Shown piece after piece: positions 29,088 through 38,958 of a stretch of 64,000 nt of DNA. Each line of letters opens with the position of its first letter. Within the stretch, counting starts at the first letter, position 1. The notes under the pieces were generated by a model that worked only from the letters and a program-made list of their open reading frames with translations, did no database searches and had not been told where the DNA came from. A program made the translations under genes and the position numbers. This DNA is from Alphaproteobacteria bacterium (GTDB taxonomy: Bacteria; Pseudomonadota; Alphaproteobacteria; UBA9655): contig JAGONT010000010.1 of assembly GCA_017992885.1 (NCBI GenBank), positions 5,488 through 69,487 of the forward strand, given 5' to 3'.

Positions 29088-31898
29088 TTATTCCTTTTTC
29101 TCAGGAGGTTTAGGAAAATTGCGAGGAATTTTATCCAAATAATTGTAGCCATCAACTACAGCTTCTGATGTAGAGCTCCAAGTTTGCTTAATATTGTCCC
29201 AGACGACATTTCCTTCTCTCGCTGTATTGACTTTTTGCATAAGAGGAACGACTTTTTCTGTGAATTCCTCTCGTCTGGCTTCAAGACTTTCATTTGCAGG
29301 CTTGTGTTGTTTTTCAACTTCGTCCTTAACTGGGGGCTTTTGAAAAGTTTCTTCGCTCAGCCTCAGGTTCTGTCCTTTCTGATTGATGAAGTGCCTGTTT
29401 TGCGCATGCTGAGCCTCAAGGGAATGATCTGCTTTGAGAGTGCTGGATTGAGCTTGATACTGGCTCTCAATCCCCTGTTGGAATTGAGACGTATTGACCC
29501 GTTGAATATCGTAGGTGGGGTGAGCTTTCTTAAATCCTTCTCGATAGGCTTCATAGTCAGCCCCTCCCGTATTGAGGATAGAGACAGCTCGGTCCATACC
29601 AATGAGACTTGAAGTCCCAGGGCTTGAAGCCCCATTTGGTCCAGTATTGGCCGGCTGCTTTGCCACATACTCAAGGAAAGACTGGGTCACATCTCGAGAT
29701 TCTTGGAAGTCTCGTCGTTGACTGCTGGTAACAGAATCAGAAGCCTCCTTCATTTTATTGTGGGCAACAGTGGCTTCTTCCCTCAGATGGCTTGCTTGAT
29801 TGAGGCTAGCACTGGCGCTTGTTGCAAGTTCAGTTCCCTTTATATCGTTTCTGCTTTCCATGTCAGAATGAGCGGCAGACAGAGCCGTATCCAAGCTATA
29901 GCTATATCCCTTTTGGTCAGCAATGCTTTGAGCCTGTTGAAGCTGCTCGGAATGAGCTGTGGTGCCTGAGAGACGTGTACTCCCTTCAATGCTCGCCCCA
30001 AGCCATTTTGGTGTTCCGGCTTGAACAGCAACAGCAAGTTCATGGGCGCGTGATTTTGAAATACCAAGATTTTCGCTAATATCATTGGTAAAGTTATGGT
30101 GATCTTGAAGAGCTTTAACTTCATTGCTCGTGAGGGTTTTGCTATCGCTTGTATGCTTTGAAAAGTCAGAGCCAAGTCGCTCCATAACGTTGGCTGTTTG
30201 CTGAATTGCTGCGTCCATCGACTTTCCAGCAGCAATACTCTTTGATTCAGCCATACTTTGAGCTTCATGGAGACGTTGCTGATGTTCCATACTGGTATTT
30301 ACCGTACCAATCAGCTTAACGGGCAAATTAGAGGTACCGTAATCATTAAACGCCTGTGTTCCATCGGCAAAGGTATTCTTCTCAATCCCTGAAGCGCCCA
30401 TGGATTTAAATTGAGAGGCGTTATAGTTTGGGCTTGTGTTGTGCTGGAAAGCTGTTGTGTTTTGATAGGCTTGGGTGCCCATGGTGAGATTGCCTAAGCT
30501 GATGTTACCAGAGACGGCCTCTGATGCTGCTCCGCTTGCCGCAGATTGCATGGCCGACCCAAGATGTTGAGCAAGCCCCACAAAGGCAGCTGCTCCTTGT
30601 TTTAAAATTCCATAGGAAATAAACGGAATACTGACTGATAACCATGCAGCGAGCGTTGTCATGTCTGTGTTCGCATTAATAATGGCGGAGGAGTTGAGAA
30701 GAGTGAACCCAGAATTGCCCACCAGATTGGTGGTTTCTGACTTTCCATAGAGGGTCATAATCAAATTTAAAATGGCATAAAGAGGGGCCCACAGTTGAGT
30801 CCACACGAGGATTCCGAAGTATGTAATCAAAATTTTATATCCATTAGGCAGAAGAGCAAGCACGACAATGAAGATAAAAAGTCCATAACTGAGAGCTTCA
30901 ATCACATTTTTAAACAAAGGTAATGTCTTGGCTGCAATTTTCCCTGCGGCTGCATAAGCAGATCTTTGTTGGAGAAGAGCCTTTGTTGCTGCATAGTTGG
31001 ACGTGGCTCCCAATTCAGATAACTTGTTGTTGCTCGACTCCTCAATGGCATTGATTATCATTTCTTGTTTAAGGAGCTCTTCTGCTGATTTTGATATGCC
31101 TGAGAGAAGCTGATAGCCATCTTGCAAATGGGTAAAAAAGAGGTTTTTCGTTAAAGTCTGATTTTGGACACGACTTCCATAGGTCAAAGTTGCTTTTTCA
31201 ATCTCTCCTTTCCAAAGAGCACTCAGTTTCTCAGCTCCTGTCTTACAAGTGATGACGGCTCCTGGATTCTTGTCTTCCTTATAGAGAAAGCCAAGGAGAG
31301 GAGACGCTTTTGCACTGACAAAAGTCCAAATATCTTTCTCATTCTGGAGATCGTCGAGGGTATACTTATGCCCAATCATGGCGTCATAAACGACACATTG
31401 ATTCACAAATCGCTCCATGTTTCCTTTAAACACAGGATCTACGATCCGGAATTGACCGACCTGACTCATCAAAGCAGAGGCAAAGACCGTTCCTGTTTTA
31501 TGATAAGGCATATAATCAGGAAGAGTAAAAACCTCCTCCATCTTTTCCGTAACCGCTCGCCCCATTTGACTTACCATGCTTGCAAAAGCTCCTAAGGCAA
31601 AGGGCACGCCATCAACCTTTTCTTTGACCTTCGTCAGAGGATCATGAATCCAGATCGTCGTCTTGGGCAAAAAGAGAAGATTCGTTGCGATTACCACCCA
31701 CAAAAGCCACTTTAAGCCTTCTTCCAAACTGCTTCGAACAAGCATCAGAATCAGCATATAAACAGAGCCCACCATCAATCCAATGTGGATGAGAGGCATG
31801 ACAAATCCTGTTCGATCTGTCTTAAACAAAGCCGCTATCCCATTAAAGACCAGGATAAAGAGTTCTCCTCCACCATATGTTGTGATCACATGATCCAT
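29088..31898 (-). CDS. traG: F-type TraG (mating-pair stabilisation / pilus assembly)
   Basis: Polytopic N-terminal TraG_N-like half, long hydrophilic C-terminal half. Start moved to the ATG at 31898, preceded by AGGAGGAAAG. Confidence 0.85.
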   Translation of the reverse strand: MDHVITTYGGGELFILVFNGIAALFKTDRTGFVMPLIHIGLMVGSVYMLILMLVRSSLEEGLKWLLWVVIATNLLFLPKTTIWIHDPLTKVKEKVDGVPFALGAFASMVSQMGRAVTEKMEEVFTLPDYMPYHKTGTVFASALMSQVGQFRIVDPVFKGNMERFVNQCVVYDAMIGHKYTLDDLQNEKDIWTFVSAKASPLLGFLYKEDKNPGAVITCKTGAEKLSALWKGEIEKATLTYGSRVQNQTLTKNLFFTHLQDGYQLLSGISKSAEELLKQEMIINAIEESSNNKLSELGATSNYAATKALLQQRSAYAAAGKIAAKTLPLFKNVIEALSYGLFIFIVVLALLPNGYKILITYFGILVWTQLWAPLYAILNLIMTLYGKSETTNLVGNSGFTLLNSSAIINANTDMTTLAAWLSVSIPFISYGILKQGAAAFVGLAQHLGSAMQSAASGAASEAVSGNISLGNLTMGTQAYQNTTAFQHNTSPNYNASQFKSMGASGIEKNTFADGTQAFNDYGTSNLPVKLIGTVNTSMEHQQRLHEAQSMAESKSIAAGKSMDAAIQQTANVMERLGSDFSKHTSDSKTLTSNEVKALQDHHNFTNDISENLGISKSRAHELAVAVQAGTPKWLGASIEGSTRLSGTTAHSEQLQQAQSIADQKGYSYSLDTALSAAHSDMESRNDIKGTELATSASASLNQASHLREEATVAHNKMKEASDSVTSSQRRDFQESRDVTQSFLEYVAKQPANTGPNGASSPGTSSLIGMDRAVSILNTGGADYEAYREGFKKAHPTYDIQRVNTSQFQQGIESQYQAQSSTLKADHSLEAQHAQNRHFINQKGQNLRLSEETFQKPPVKDEVEKQHKPANESLEARREEFTEKVVPLMQKVNTAREGNVVWDNIKQTWSSTSEAVVDGYNYLDKIPRNFPKPPEKKE

Positions 31899-31899
31899 C

Positions 31900-33363
31900 T
31901 TACTTTCCTCCTGCTTTTGTTCCTTGCTGAGAAGAAATAAACATGTTCTGAAGCTTGCTCTCGACCTGTTGAGTTCGTTCAATGAAATCTAAGGTAATGG
32001 CCATTTGCTGAAAGAGGGCCGTTCTCTTGGCGTAGAGAAGCTTTCGAGAATCTGCAACGCTCGCTCTGAGTTCTTCAATCATGCCGTCGTTAATTTGGTT
32101 CTTCTTCAGCTGGGTCACGCTATCCCATACAAGGGACATGACTTCATCCAGATATTGAAGGAGAATATCGTGAGCAATGGCCTCACTAAACTCTGTCACA
32201 CTGATGGGACTGCCACCCTTCTTAAAAGCCGTTTCTACAGCGATGATTTTTAAGACAGGAATCATGGTTGAATTAACAAACCCTTCCTCTTCTTCAGAAA
32301 GTTTTCCATCCGTTCGAACCTTGTCAGAAAGGGAGGTAAGTATGTTATGAACTTTTGAAGATAGGGCACTTTTTTTGGGCAAAATCACATTTTGAAGAGA
32401 TGGGGTGAGACATTTATCTTCTGAAGCATTATCGCATTTATAGATCTGAGCAGGCATATTTCCTGTCAGCAATGCCGAGATCAACTGAGGATCACTGCTT
32501 TTCGAGGGAAGAACTTGGACTCTCAAACCCTCTCCCTCACGCTTCGAAATAATCGTGCCTGAAAGAGTCATAAAAAACTCAGCAAGCCCCGTATTATGTT
32601 TTAAAAAAGCATTTTTTAGAATCGCTTTCCAAGCAATGTTAAACTCATCTCCCAGAATGTCTTTAAATCCTGGCTTTTCACCCTTCCGATTTAAGACAGC
32701 CGTTCTTTGTTCTTCAGCGCCGCATTTCTGACGTCCTTGAGCCCAGTCGGTTGCAATTCCAAGATCCTTACTCATAGCATTGCACAACAGCTGAGAACTT
32801 GCATCAGATTGAGGCCATACGCCTCCCACAAGAGTTGCTGCCGCTTCACAAGAGTTAATATTTTGATTGGTCATCTTTTGGACCTTAGCGAGAAGATCAT
32901 CCAGGACGCTCTTAATCTGAGGCGTTACGGTTGCCAGGGCCAGATTAAAGGCATATCCACTCGCATTACTTCCAATATTCCGAAGGAGTGCGATAAATTG
33001 TTGGGCATTGATATAGCTAAAGCCGCCCATAAAGAGATCAATCCCCCCACACCCAGCACGATAATGGGGCAATTGCAAAGAAAGAAGATCGGCGTTGTTG
33101 ACTTTAGACCGAGCAAATACCCGACCTCCAGTATAAAATCCGCCCGTTTGATCTTGATAGCCTCCTCCTTCCGTCACATTATGGGCCAGTCCAAGAGTTT
33201 GGAAGGCTTTCTCAAGGTTATCTTGCATGGAAGCTGATAAAGGAGTGTTGCAGTTTTGCAGTATTATAGTGGACGAGAAAACAGAGGCGCAGAATAGCAG
33301 TGTTGCAAATGAGATTCTTTTTCTGCGATGCTGCAATACAATTCTCCACAATACTTTTTTCAT
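31900..33363 (-). CDS. traH: F-type TraH
   Basis: Signal peptide; GGFYTGG...RAGCGGIDLFMGGFSYIN...YAFNLALATVTPQI conserved block. Confidence 0.85.
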   Translation of the reverse strand: MKKVLWRIVLQHRRKRISFATLLFCASVFSSTIILQNCNTPLSASMQDNLEKAFQTLGLAHNVTEGGGYQDQTGGFYTGGRVFARSKVNNADLLSLQLPHYRAGCGGIDLFMGGFSYINAQQFIALLRNIGSNASGYAFNLALATVTPQIKSVLDDLLAKVQKMTNQNINSCEAAATLVGGVWPQSDASSQLLCNAMSKDLGIATDWAQGRQKCGAEEQRTAVLNRKGEKPGFKDILGDEFNIAWKAILKNAFLKHNTGLAEFFMTLSGTIISKREGEGLRVQVLPSKSSDPQLISALLTGNMPAQIYKCDNASEDKCLTPSLQNVILPKKSALSSKVHNILTSLSDKVRTDGKLSEEEEGFVNSTMIPVLKIIAVETAFKKGGSPISVTEFSEAIAHDILLQYLDEVMSLVWDSVTQLKKNQINDGMIEELRASVADSRKLLYAKRTALFQQMAITLDFIERTQQVESKLQNMFISSQQGTKAGGK

Positions 33364-34277
33364 TTTTTAGCTCCTTCAGAACTGAACGTTCGTGTTAAAA
33401 GGTCGATTCTTTCCTCAATTTCACTTTCAGAAACCATTCCATAGGCTAAAGGAATCATTTGTCCTGATACGGAATGAAAGGCAATGAGAGCGGGGACATG
33501 AGAAACCTGGAGGCGGGCTGCCATTCCATTGTTGCGGCGCGCATGAGGAAACTCATCTAATGCGCCTCCATCCATTGAAATCCCCAAGACAGACCAGCCA
33601 TGCTTTTGGGCAAAATGCTTCACAACGGGAGCAAAGTGATGACAGTAGGAGCACTTCCCCTTAAAGAAGAAAAACAACCCATATTCTTGAGCTAAGGCCT
33701 TAATGCGTTTTGTAATCTCTTGGTTTCTCTCTGCATAATAAACATGACGGGCATTTTGATCGACGGGATGAACCAACGTTTCATCCAATGCAGGAGTTGT
33801 CATCACAACCCTTTGCCACGATTCAGAGAACCGTTGACTTTGATCCATCAAGGCTTTTTGAACAATGATGTAGGAAATGATATTCTCTCGCGTCGGGTCC
33901 ACAATGGCTGCATGGAGTTTTTTCTCAATTTCTTTCCGTTGACTCTCAATAGCTTGGCTAGGTGTTTGAGGAGGCGAAGCTGGATCAGAGTTTTTCTTTT
34001 TTTCTTCAACTGCGTTGTCTCTCAACGACTGGTACCAGTGCCAGCCTTCTGCATGTCTTTCAAAAAAGGCAAGCTTGAAGCTTGACCCTATTTTAGAAGA
34101 ATTGTTTAAGGCAACTTTCGAAGATCCTTGGGAATTCTTATGCAATGGATTGAAAGTATCCGATTCAGCCTTAAGGAAAGAAATATCCACAAGCATCAGA
34201 ACACTCAGAATGAAAGAAATAAGAGAAACACAAATCTTCCCCTCAAACATCCATCTGAGTTCTGCAACACTGATCAT
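33360..34277 (-). CDS. traF: F-type TraF, thioredoxin-fold, with an intact CxxC
   Basis: LFFFFKGKCSYCHHFAPVVKHF thioredoxin-like motif; position between traN and traH. Confidence 0.75.
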   Translation of the reverse strand: MISVAELRWMFEGKICVSLISFILSVLMLVDISFLKAESDTFNPLHKNSQGSSKVALNNSSKIGSSFKLAFFERHAEGWHWYQSLRDNAVEEKKKNSDPASPPQTPSQAIESQRKEIEKKLHAAIVDPTRENIISYIIVQKALMDQSQRFSESWQRVVMTTPALDETLVHPVDQNARHVYYAERNQEITKRIKALAQEYGLFFFFKGKCSYCHHFAPVVKHFAQKHGWSVLGISMDGGALDEFPHARRNNGMAARLQVSHVPALIAFHSVSGQMIPLAYGMVSESEIEERIDLLTRTFSSEGAKK

Positions 34278-36154
34278 GCCTCCGGCCTCTGCTTAGTTTG
34301 CTGTTTTGTATTAGGACTTAGCCCCTGCTTAATTGTATCAAGGCGTTCACCTATTTTTTGGCTCGTTCCCTGGAGTTTTGAGGGATTATAGTTTTTCATG
34401 AGGTCCTCAAAGGCTTCTCTTAAATCAAGCTTGGAGAAGTCGATACGTTGAATTTCTTCGATGGTAAAACCGCGGCACATTGGGTGTTTTGGCTTACCCC
34501 ATCCAAGGTTAATTTGTTTTCTCCCCTGTTCTTGAAAGGCTTTTAATAGTTTTGATCCAAAGCAACAAAAGGAAGACTTTTTCTTAACGCATTGACCTAA
34601 GACCTTTTTAGCGCAATAGGTTCCCACATAATGGCACAAGCGCGCCTGGCGTTTTTTCTGGAGAAGTTTTTCTTTTTCCCCGCATCCTCCAAGACCTATG
34701 CTTTTTCCCCACCCTTTCCCTGATCCACAGCAATCCTTAAAACTGAGAATGTACTTAGAGCATTGGTGCTGATCTCCTTTAAAAATAGAATTCATTTTTC
34801 CTTGCATTTCTTTGAGAAGACTCAACTGAGCGAGAGAGGACATCATTTCATCATTCGCCTCCCAGCTTTGATCCCGGCAGTTGCCATCAAGGCAGAAGGG
34901 CGTGTTCCCTCCTGTGATACTATAGGTGTTTTGAGTGTTGGCTTTGCATTGATAGGTCTGAGTGTAAACGACGCAAGAGTTTCCGACTTTTTGTTTGCAG
35001 GTTGAATTAATTTGAGCGCAGCCGCGAGCCCTTAAAGGTCCACAATCATCCTTAGAAGGATAGGTGCAAGCATAGGTTAGCTTTTCTTGCCAGCACGCCC
35101 TTGTAATGGGAACCCCTTCAATGATTCGTGTTTGAGGTCCTTGGGTGCAGACTCGTGAGTCATAATGACACAGCCCTTGGTCAACCCTTGTTTCCAATCG
35201 CTCACAGTTTGAAGTCCATTCATCAGGGAGAACTTTATAAGAATCTTCTTCGTAAACGATTTTGATAAGAGGGTGATACCTATATTCAAATCTTCCACTG
35301 TTATACACATGAGAATGGGAGTATGCCATGTGCAGGGTTGAATATTGAGGGTGTTTTAGCAGAGAAACCTCTTTAATTTGTTCCTCTTTGAATGAGAGTG
35401 AAGGGGTAGAAGCTGTACATGTAGAGCAGCTTCGTCCTTTTTGAGTCGCTAGCTCATGCATACACGCTTTATAGGGGCCGGTAATATTTAGAGCTGCATC
35501 TATATTGATGGGAGCTTGTCTATGACGCCGCAGGTTTTTCCCTCTTAAAGCTCTCCATACTTCAAACACAGCCCGTCTCAACGTCGTACAGGGCAGGTAA
35601 TGACTTTTTCTTTCAGCATTACTGCATTTTGAGAATTGAAACTGTCCTGTCCATTCCTTTCTAACCTTTGTCTTAATCACTTTCACGATGAGTTGATTTG
35701 TACAGCTTTCAAGAGAATCGTCTCCTGGCTCTTCACAATTTAACATCTCGTCTTTTCCGCCCTGTTTTGTTTCAACAGCACGAGTTCCTTCTCCACCAAT
35801 TGTTTTTAAGGGATCGTTCACTGCTTTTTGTGATCCTGTGATAAGAGGATCTTTTTGAGGGTTAATCTTGACTTGAGGACGGGACTCAGCGCTCTTTAAA
35901 ATCATTTGTCCTACAGGATCCTTTTGAGAGAGGAGCTGAGCTTTTCCTTGAAGTTCTCCAGCTGAGAAGCTTGCCTCTTTTGAAATGCCTGTCGAAAAAG
36001 GATGTGCGCCTGCTTCTTTCTTTTTTACCTCCAATTGCCTCAGAAACTCCTGAGCCGTTTGGTCTCCTTTTTTAAGATGAATCGTGGGGTTGGCAATAAG
36101 CATTCCAGGGCAAAGACAAAGACAAGAAAAGAAGAGAAATATCCAATTCTTCAT
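34274..36154 (-). CDS. traN: F-type TraN (Cys-rich outer-membrane mating-pair stabilisation protein)
   Basis: Signal peptide, many conserved Cys, C-terminal CCGSGKGWG and FCCFGSKL motifs. Confidence 0.8.
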   Translation of the reverse strand: MKNWIFLFFSCLCLCPGMLIANPTIHLKKGDQTAQEFLRQLEVKKKEAGAHPFSTGISKEASFSAGELQGKAQLLSQKDPVGQMILKSAESRPQVKINPQKDPLITGSQKAVNDPLKTIGGEGTRAVETKQGGKDEMLNCEEPGDDSLESCTNQLIVKVIKTKVRKEWTGQFQFSKCSNAERKSHYLPCTTLRRAVFEVWRALRGKNLRRHRQAPINIDAALNITGPYKACMHELATQKGRSCSTCTASTPSLSFKEEQIKEVSLLKHPQYSTLHMAYSHSHVYNSGRFEYRYHPLIKIVYEEDSYKVLPDEWTSNCERLETRVDQGLCHYDSRVCTQGPQTRIIEGVPITRACWQEKLTYACTYPSKDDCGPLRARGCAQINSTCKQKVGNSCVVYTQTYQCKANTQNTYSITGGNTPFCLDGNCRDQSWEANDEMMSSLAQLSLLKEMQGKMNSIFKGDQHQCSKYILSFKDCCGSGKGWGKSIGLGGCGEKEKLLQKKRQARLCHYVGTYCAKKVLGQCVKKKSSFCCFGSKLLKAFQEQGRKQINLGWGKPKHPMCRGFTIEEIQRIDFSKLDLREAFEDLMKNYNPSKLQGTSQKIGERLDTIKQGLSPNTKQQTKQRPEA

Positions 36155-36888
36155 TTTGATCTGCTTCTCTCTAAGGAAGCTTGTGTTAAAAGAGAGTTTG
36201 CCTCCTCTTGTAAATCTCCTTCTTTTGAAAACGTCTCTAAAGCGTATTGAATACTGACATGACCTTGGATGCGGTCATGGATGGGCGTTTGGGTACGCAT
36301 CGATGCATTGAGCTGGAAAGGTTGGCTTAAAACATAGGTAGGAACAGCTGAAATGGAAAAGAGGTTAAAAAGCTCAGGATCAATAATAATGCCTTGGCCT
36401 GTCTTTATGATAATGTTCTGTAAAGCCTTTACCGTTCTGGAATAACTCCCCTCAATGAATCCTCTCAAAATAAGAATTGCTCCATAAACTTTGGCTTCTT
36501 GAGCTAGGTTCAAAAGCGCTTTCTCACCCAGAGAAAAAGAAACGAATATGTAAAGCATGCTCTTGGGAGTGTTACCCGAGGGCTCTCCTGGTTTATTTTT
36601 ATGTTGAGAAGTTTGTAATGGTTCTTGAGCTTCAAGGTTTGTCACAAAATTCTGAAATTCATCGTCTTCTAAAACAGCGTCTCTTTTCCGCAAGGATTCA
36701 GATAAAAAAGATTGGAATTCTTTATCTTTTTGAACGGCTTCAACGATCTTCAGAGGATTCTCTGTCAGAGAATCTTCTTGCAAACGAGCAGGACATGACC
36801 TATCTTGAGGGCAAGATATCCCTAAGGTGCTGAAAGAAAATAGAAAAAGAAGAAAAACTAAAGCGCACAACAATTGCGTTTCCTCCAA
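36151..36888 (-). CDS. trbC: F-type TrbC
   Basis: Signal peptide; LYIFVSFSLGEKALLNL...ILILRGF...AVPTYVL block; synteny traU-trbC-traN. Confidence 0.7.
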   Translation of the reverse strand: MEETQLLCALVFLLFLFSFSTLGISCPQDRSCPARLQEDSLTENPLKIVEAVQKDKEFQSFLSESLRKRDAVLEDDEFQNFVTNLEAQEPLQTSQHKNKPGEPSGNTPKSMLYIFVSFSLGEKALLNLAQEAKVYGAILILRGFIEGSYSRTVKALQNIIIKTGQGIIIDPELFNLFSISAVPTYVLSQPFQLNASMRTQTPIHDRIQGHVSIQYALETFSKEGDLQEEANSLLTQASLERSRSK

Positions 36889-37853
36889 ATCAGGTATCCA
36901 AAATCTTCACCTTTGTAAGGAAATTCTCGTCCTGCTCCCCAAATGACTTCCGTGCGTCCTAAAGGATTGCAAGCCATAGGACCGCGTGTTGTGGGACGGG
37001 GATAGGTCATTTGAGTTTTGTATTGACTCTTCTTGATGATCGGTAAGGGATATTTCTGACAAATCTCTGCATTTGTTGTTCCACTCGTGCCCCAGAGAAG
37101 AAGCTCTCGATGCAATTTGCCCATCATGCGCTGAACCATCAAAAGACTTGCTTGAACGCCTCCATTGTGAGCAGCGTTGTTTCCTGTAAAAGGATAGAGG
37201 CTTCCCTGACACCCCCCACACCAAAAAAGAGGATTGAGAGGGAAGCCAGCCGTTGCTGCCGCACAGTCTGCGGCACAAGCCGCTTGTGCAATAGGATTCC
37301 CAAAAAGAACAGCTTCTGGATTCAAAATAAAAGAAAGCTCATCTGCGTTCCAAAGAGGATCAAGCTCCGTAATATAAGCCACATCAAAGCTTTGTTGCTC
37401 GAGACACAAGAAATCGACAATCAGCTCAAGCCAATAAATGACGGGATACACATACCAATGAACCTGATAAAAACTATTTTGGGTTCTGCGTCCTCCGTTG
37501 GCTCCATGGACCCCATATCCAACCGTGCTGTTTCCCATTTTAAGTCCACCCATACTCACCATGCAGAAAGGAACGCGCGTCACATCCACAAGTCGTGCCG
37601 GCTCCCAAAACCCCACTGGTATACCTGGCACGGCAGGAATGGGCGGCCTTGGACACCAACAAGGAATTTGGTGAGGATTTGGTGTGTCTTCTCGTCCTCC
37701 TCCACTGACTTTGACAGGACCAATGGTAATGGGGAATAAACAGGACCAACAAATGTCTGTAATAGGATTGACAAAGCGTCCCGAGCAGAGTGAGGCGTTA
37801 GCTTTTAGAGAAAAACTGAATAAGAAACAAAAGAACAAAATATATCTCATCAA
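36858..37853 (-). CDS. traU: F-type TraU
   Basis: CSGRFVNPITDICWSCLFPITIG signature after the signal peptide. Confidence 0.9.
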   Translation of the reverse strand: MMRYILFFCFLFSFSLKANASLCSGRFVNPITDICWSCLFPITIGPVKVSGGGREDTPNPHQIPCWCPRPPIPAVPGIPVGFWEPARLVDVTRVPFCMVSMGGLKMGNSTVGYGVHGANGGRRTQNSFYQVHWYVYPVIYWLELIVDFLCLEQQSFDVAYITELDPLWNADELSFILNPEAVLFGNPIAQAACAADCAAATAGFPLNPLFWCGGCQGSLYPFTGNNAAHNGGVQASLLMVQRMMGKLHRELLLWGTSGTTNAEICQKYPLPIIKKSQYKTQMTYPRPTTRGPMACNPLGRTEVIWGAGREFPYKGEDFGYLIWRKRNCCAL

Positions 37854-38482
37854 TCCTCCTGCTCTTTAAGACTGATCTCTTCAATGCGCAAACGAAGCTC
37901 GTCTTGAGTGACCAAAGTGGGTACATGTTGGATTCCAAGCTTTTTGGTAAGAAGTTCTGATTGATCGAAGTACACAGGAACCGTCAGCTCTTCAGAAAGA
38001 GCTAAAGGAGTTCCTTTGGTGAGAATGAGCTTTGGCGAAGCCTCCTTTGATTTTTCTTTTGCAAAAGCGACTTGATCCTCATCATCGCCATCAAAAAAGA
38101 GAAGTCCTTGAGAAAGACTCACCGTCTCAAGAGGATTAATTCGAGTTCCTTTAGGATGGATGATCTGACCATGATGATCTTTGATGTCCTCTGGGACAAT
38201 GTAGGTCGGGTCGTAGTAAAAAACTCTATTTTTTGTGGCTTTGGAAATTCCTTCCACAGGCTTGGGCCTTTCAATAGCAGCACGTGTTTTCTTTTGAAGC
38301 TCAAAGTTGTGACGTTCAAGCTCGCCCCGTTCTTCCATAGTCTTTAACTTGCTTTGAATGAGAACAATCGGATCGTGTTCCTCAATAGATAAGATCATTC
38401 CATGAACTCCAAAGTCTTTTGCGTGCACCGAAATGGGTTGTCCAAGACATAGAAAGAAGAACATCATCTTTCTGACTACCAC
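37850..38482 (-). CDS. traW: F-type TraW
   Basis: Signal peptide, about 210 aa, synteny between the peptidase gene and traU. Confidence 0.65.
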   Translation of the reverse strand: MVVRKMMFFFLCLGQPISVHAKDFGVHGMILSIEEHDPIVLIQSKLKTMEERGELERHNFELQKKTRAAIERPKPVEGISKATKNRVFYYDPTYIVPEDIKDHHGQIIHPKGTRINPLETVSLSQGLLFFDGDDEDQVAFAKEKSKEASPKLILTKGTPLALSEELTVPVYFDQSELLTKKLGIQHVPTLVTQDELRLRIEEISLKEQED

Positions 38483-38958
38483 TTCAGCACTGCCTTTCCG
38501 TAGATCTTCTCCATGGGAACAAGTCCAAATTCCTCATAGCGAGAGTCAAAACTGCGGGGATGGTCACCTACGACAAAGACGTATCCTTGAGGAACGACAT
38601 TTAGAGAAAGGGGCGTGAGTAGTTGTCCTTCCTTGGTTTGACTCAGAAGAGGAAGAGTTTTGGAACTAACCCTTAATGAGTCCTTCTTTCGAAGTATCCG
38701 ATCTCCCGGCAATCCCAGAACACGCTTGGCAAAAATATGTTTACCCACATAGTGAGGCGTGTGACCTTGAATGGAGACAATATCTCCATGAGCAATGGGA
38801 GGTTGAAAAGGGAAAGAACGCTTGAGGGTGAGGACATAATTGACCCCATCAAGGCTCTTTGTAAGGCAGATGTCAAACCTGGTAAAGGTTGCAAGACCCC
38901 CCAAAATGAGGCAAAAAATGCCTATTCTCAGCGCTACTTTCTTTATTTGAAAATTCAT
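38476..38958 (-). CDS. S26 signal-peptidase-like protein (TrhF/TraF-peptidase type of SXT/IncH-like F systems)
   Basis: GDIVSI, KRVLGLPGD, VVGDHPRSFDSRY motifs; located between traC and traW. Confidence 0.75.
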   Translation of the reverse strand: MNFQIKKVALRIGIFCLILGGLATFTRFDICLTKSLDGVNYVLTLKRSFPFQPPIAHGDIVSIQGHTPHYVGKHIFAKRVLGLPGDRILRKKDSLRVSSKTLPLLSQTKEGQLLTPLSLNVVPQGYVFVVGDHPRSFDSRYEEFGLVPMEKIYGKAVLKW

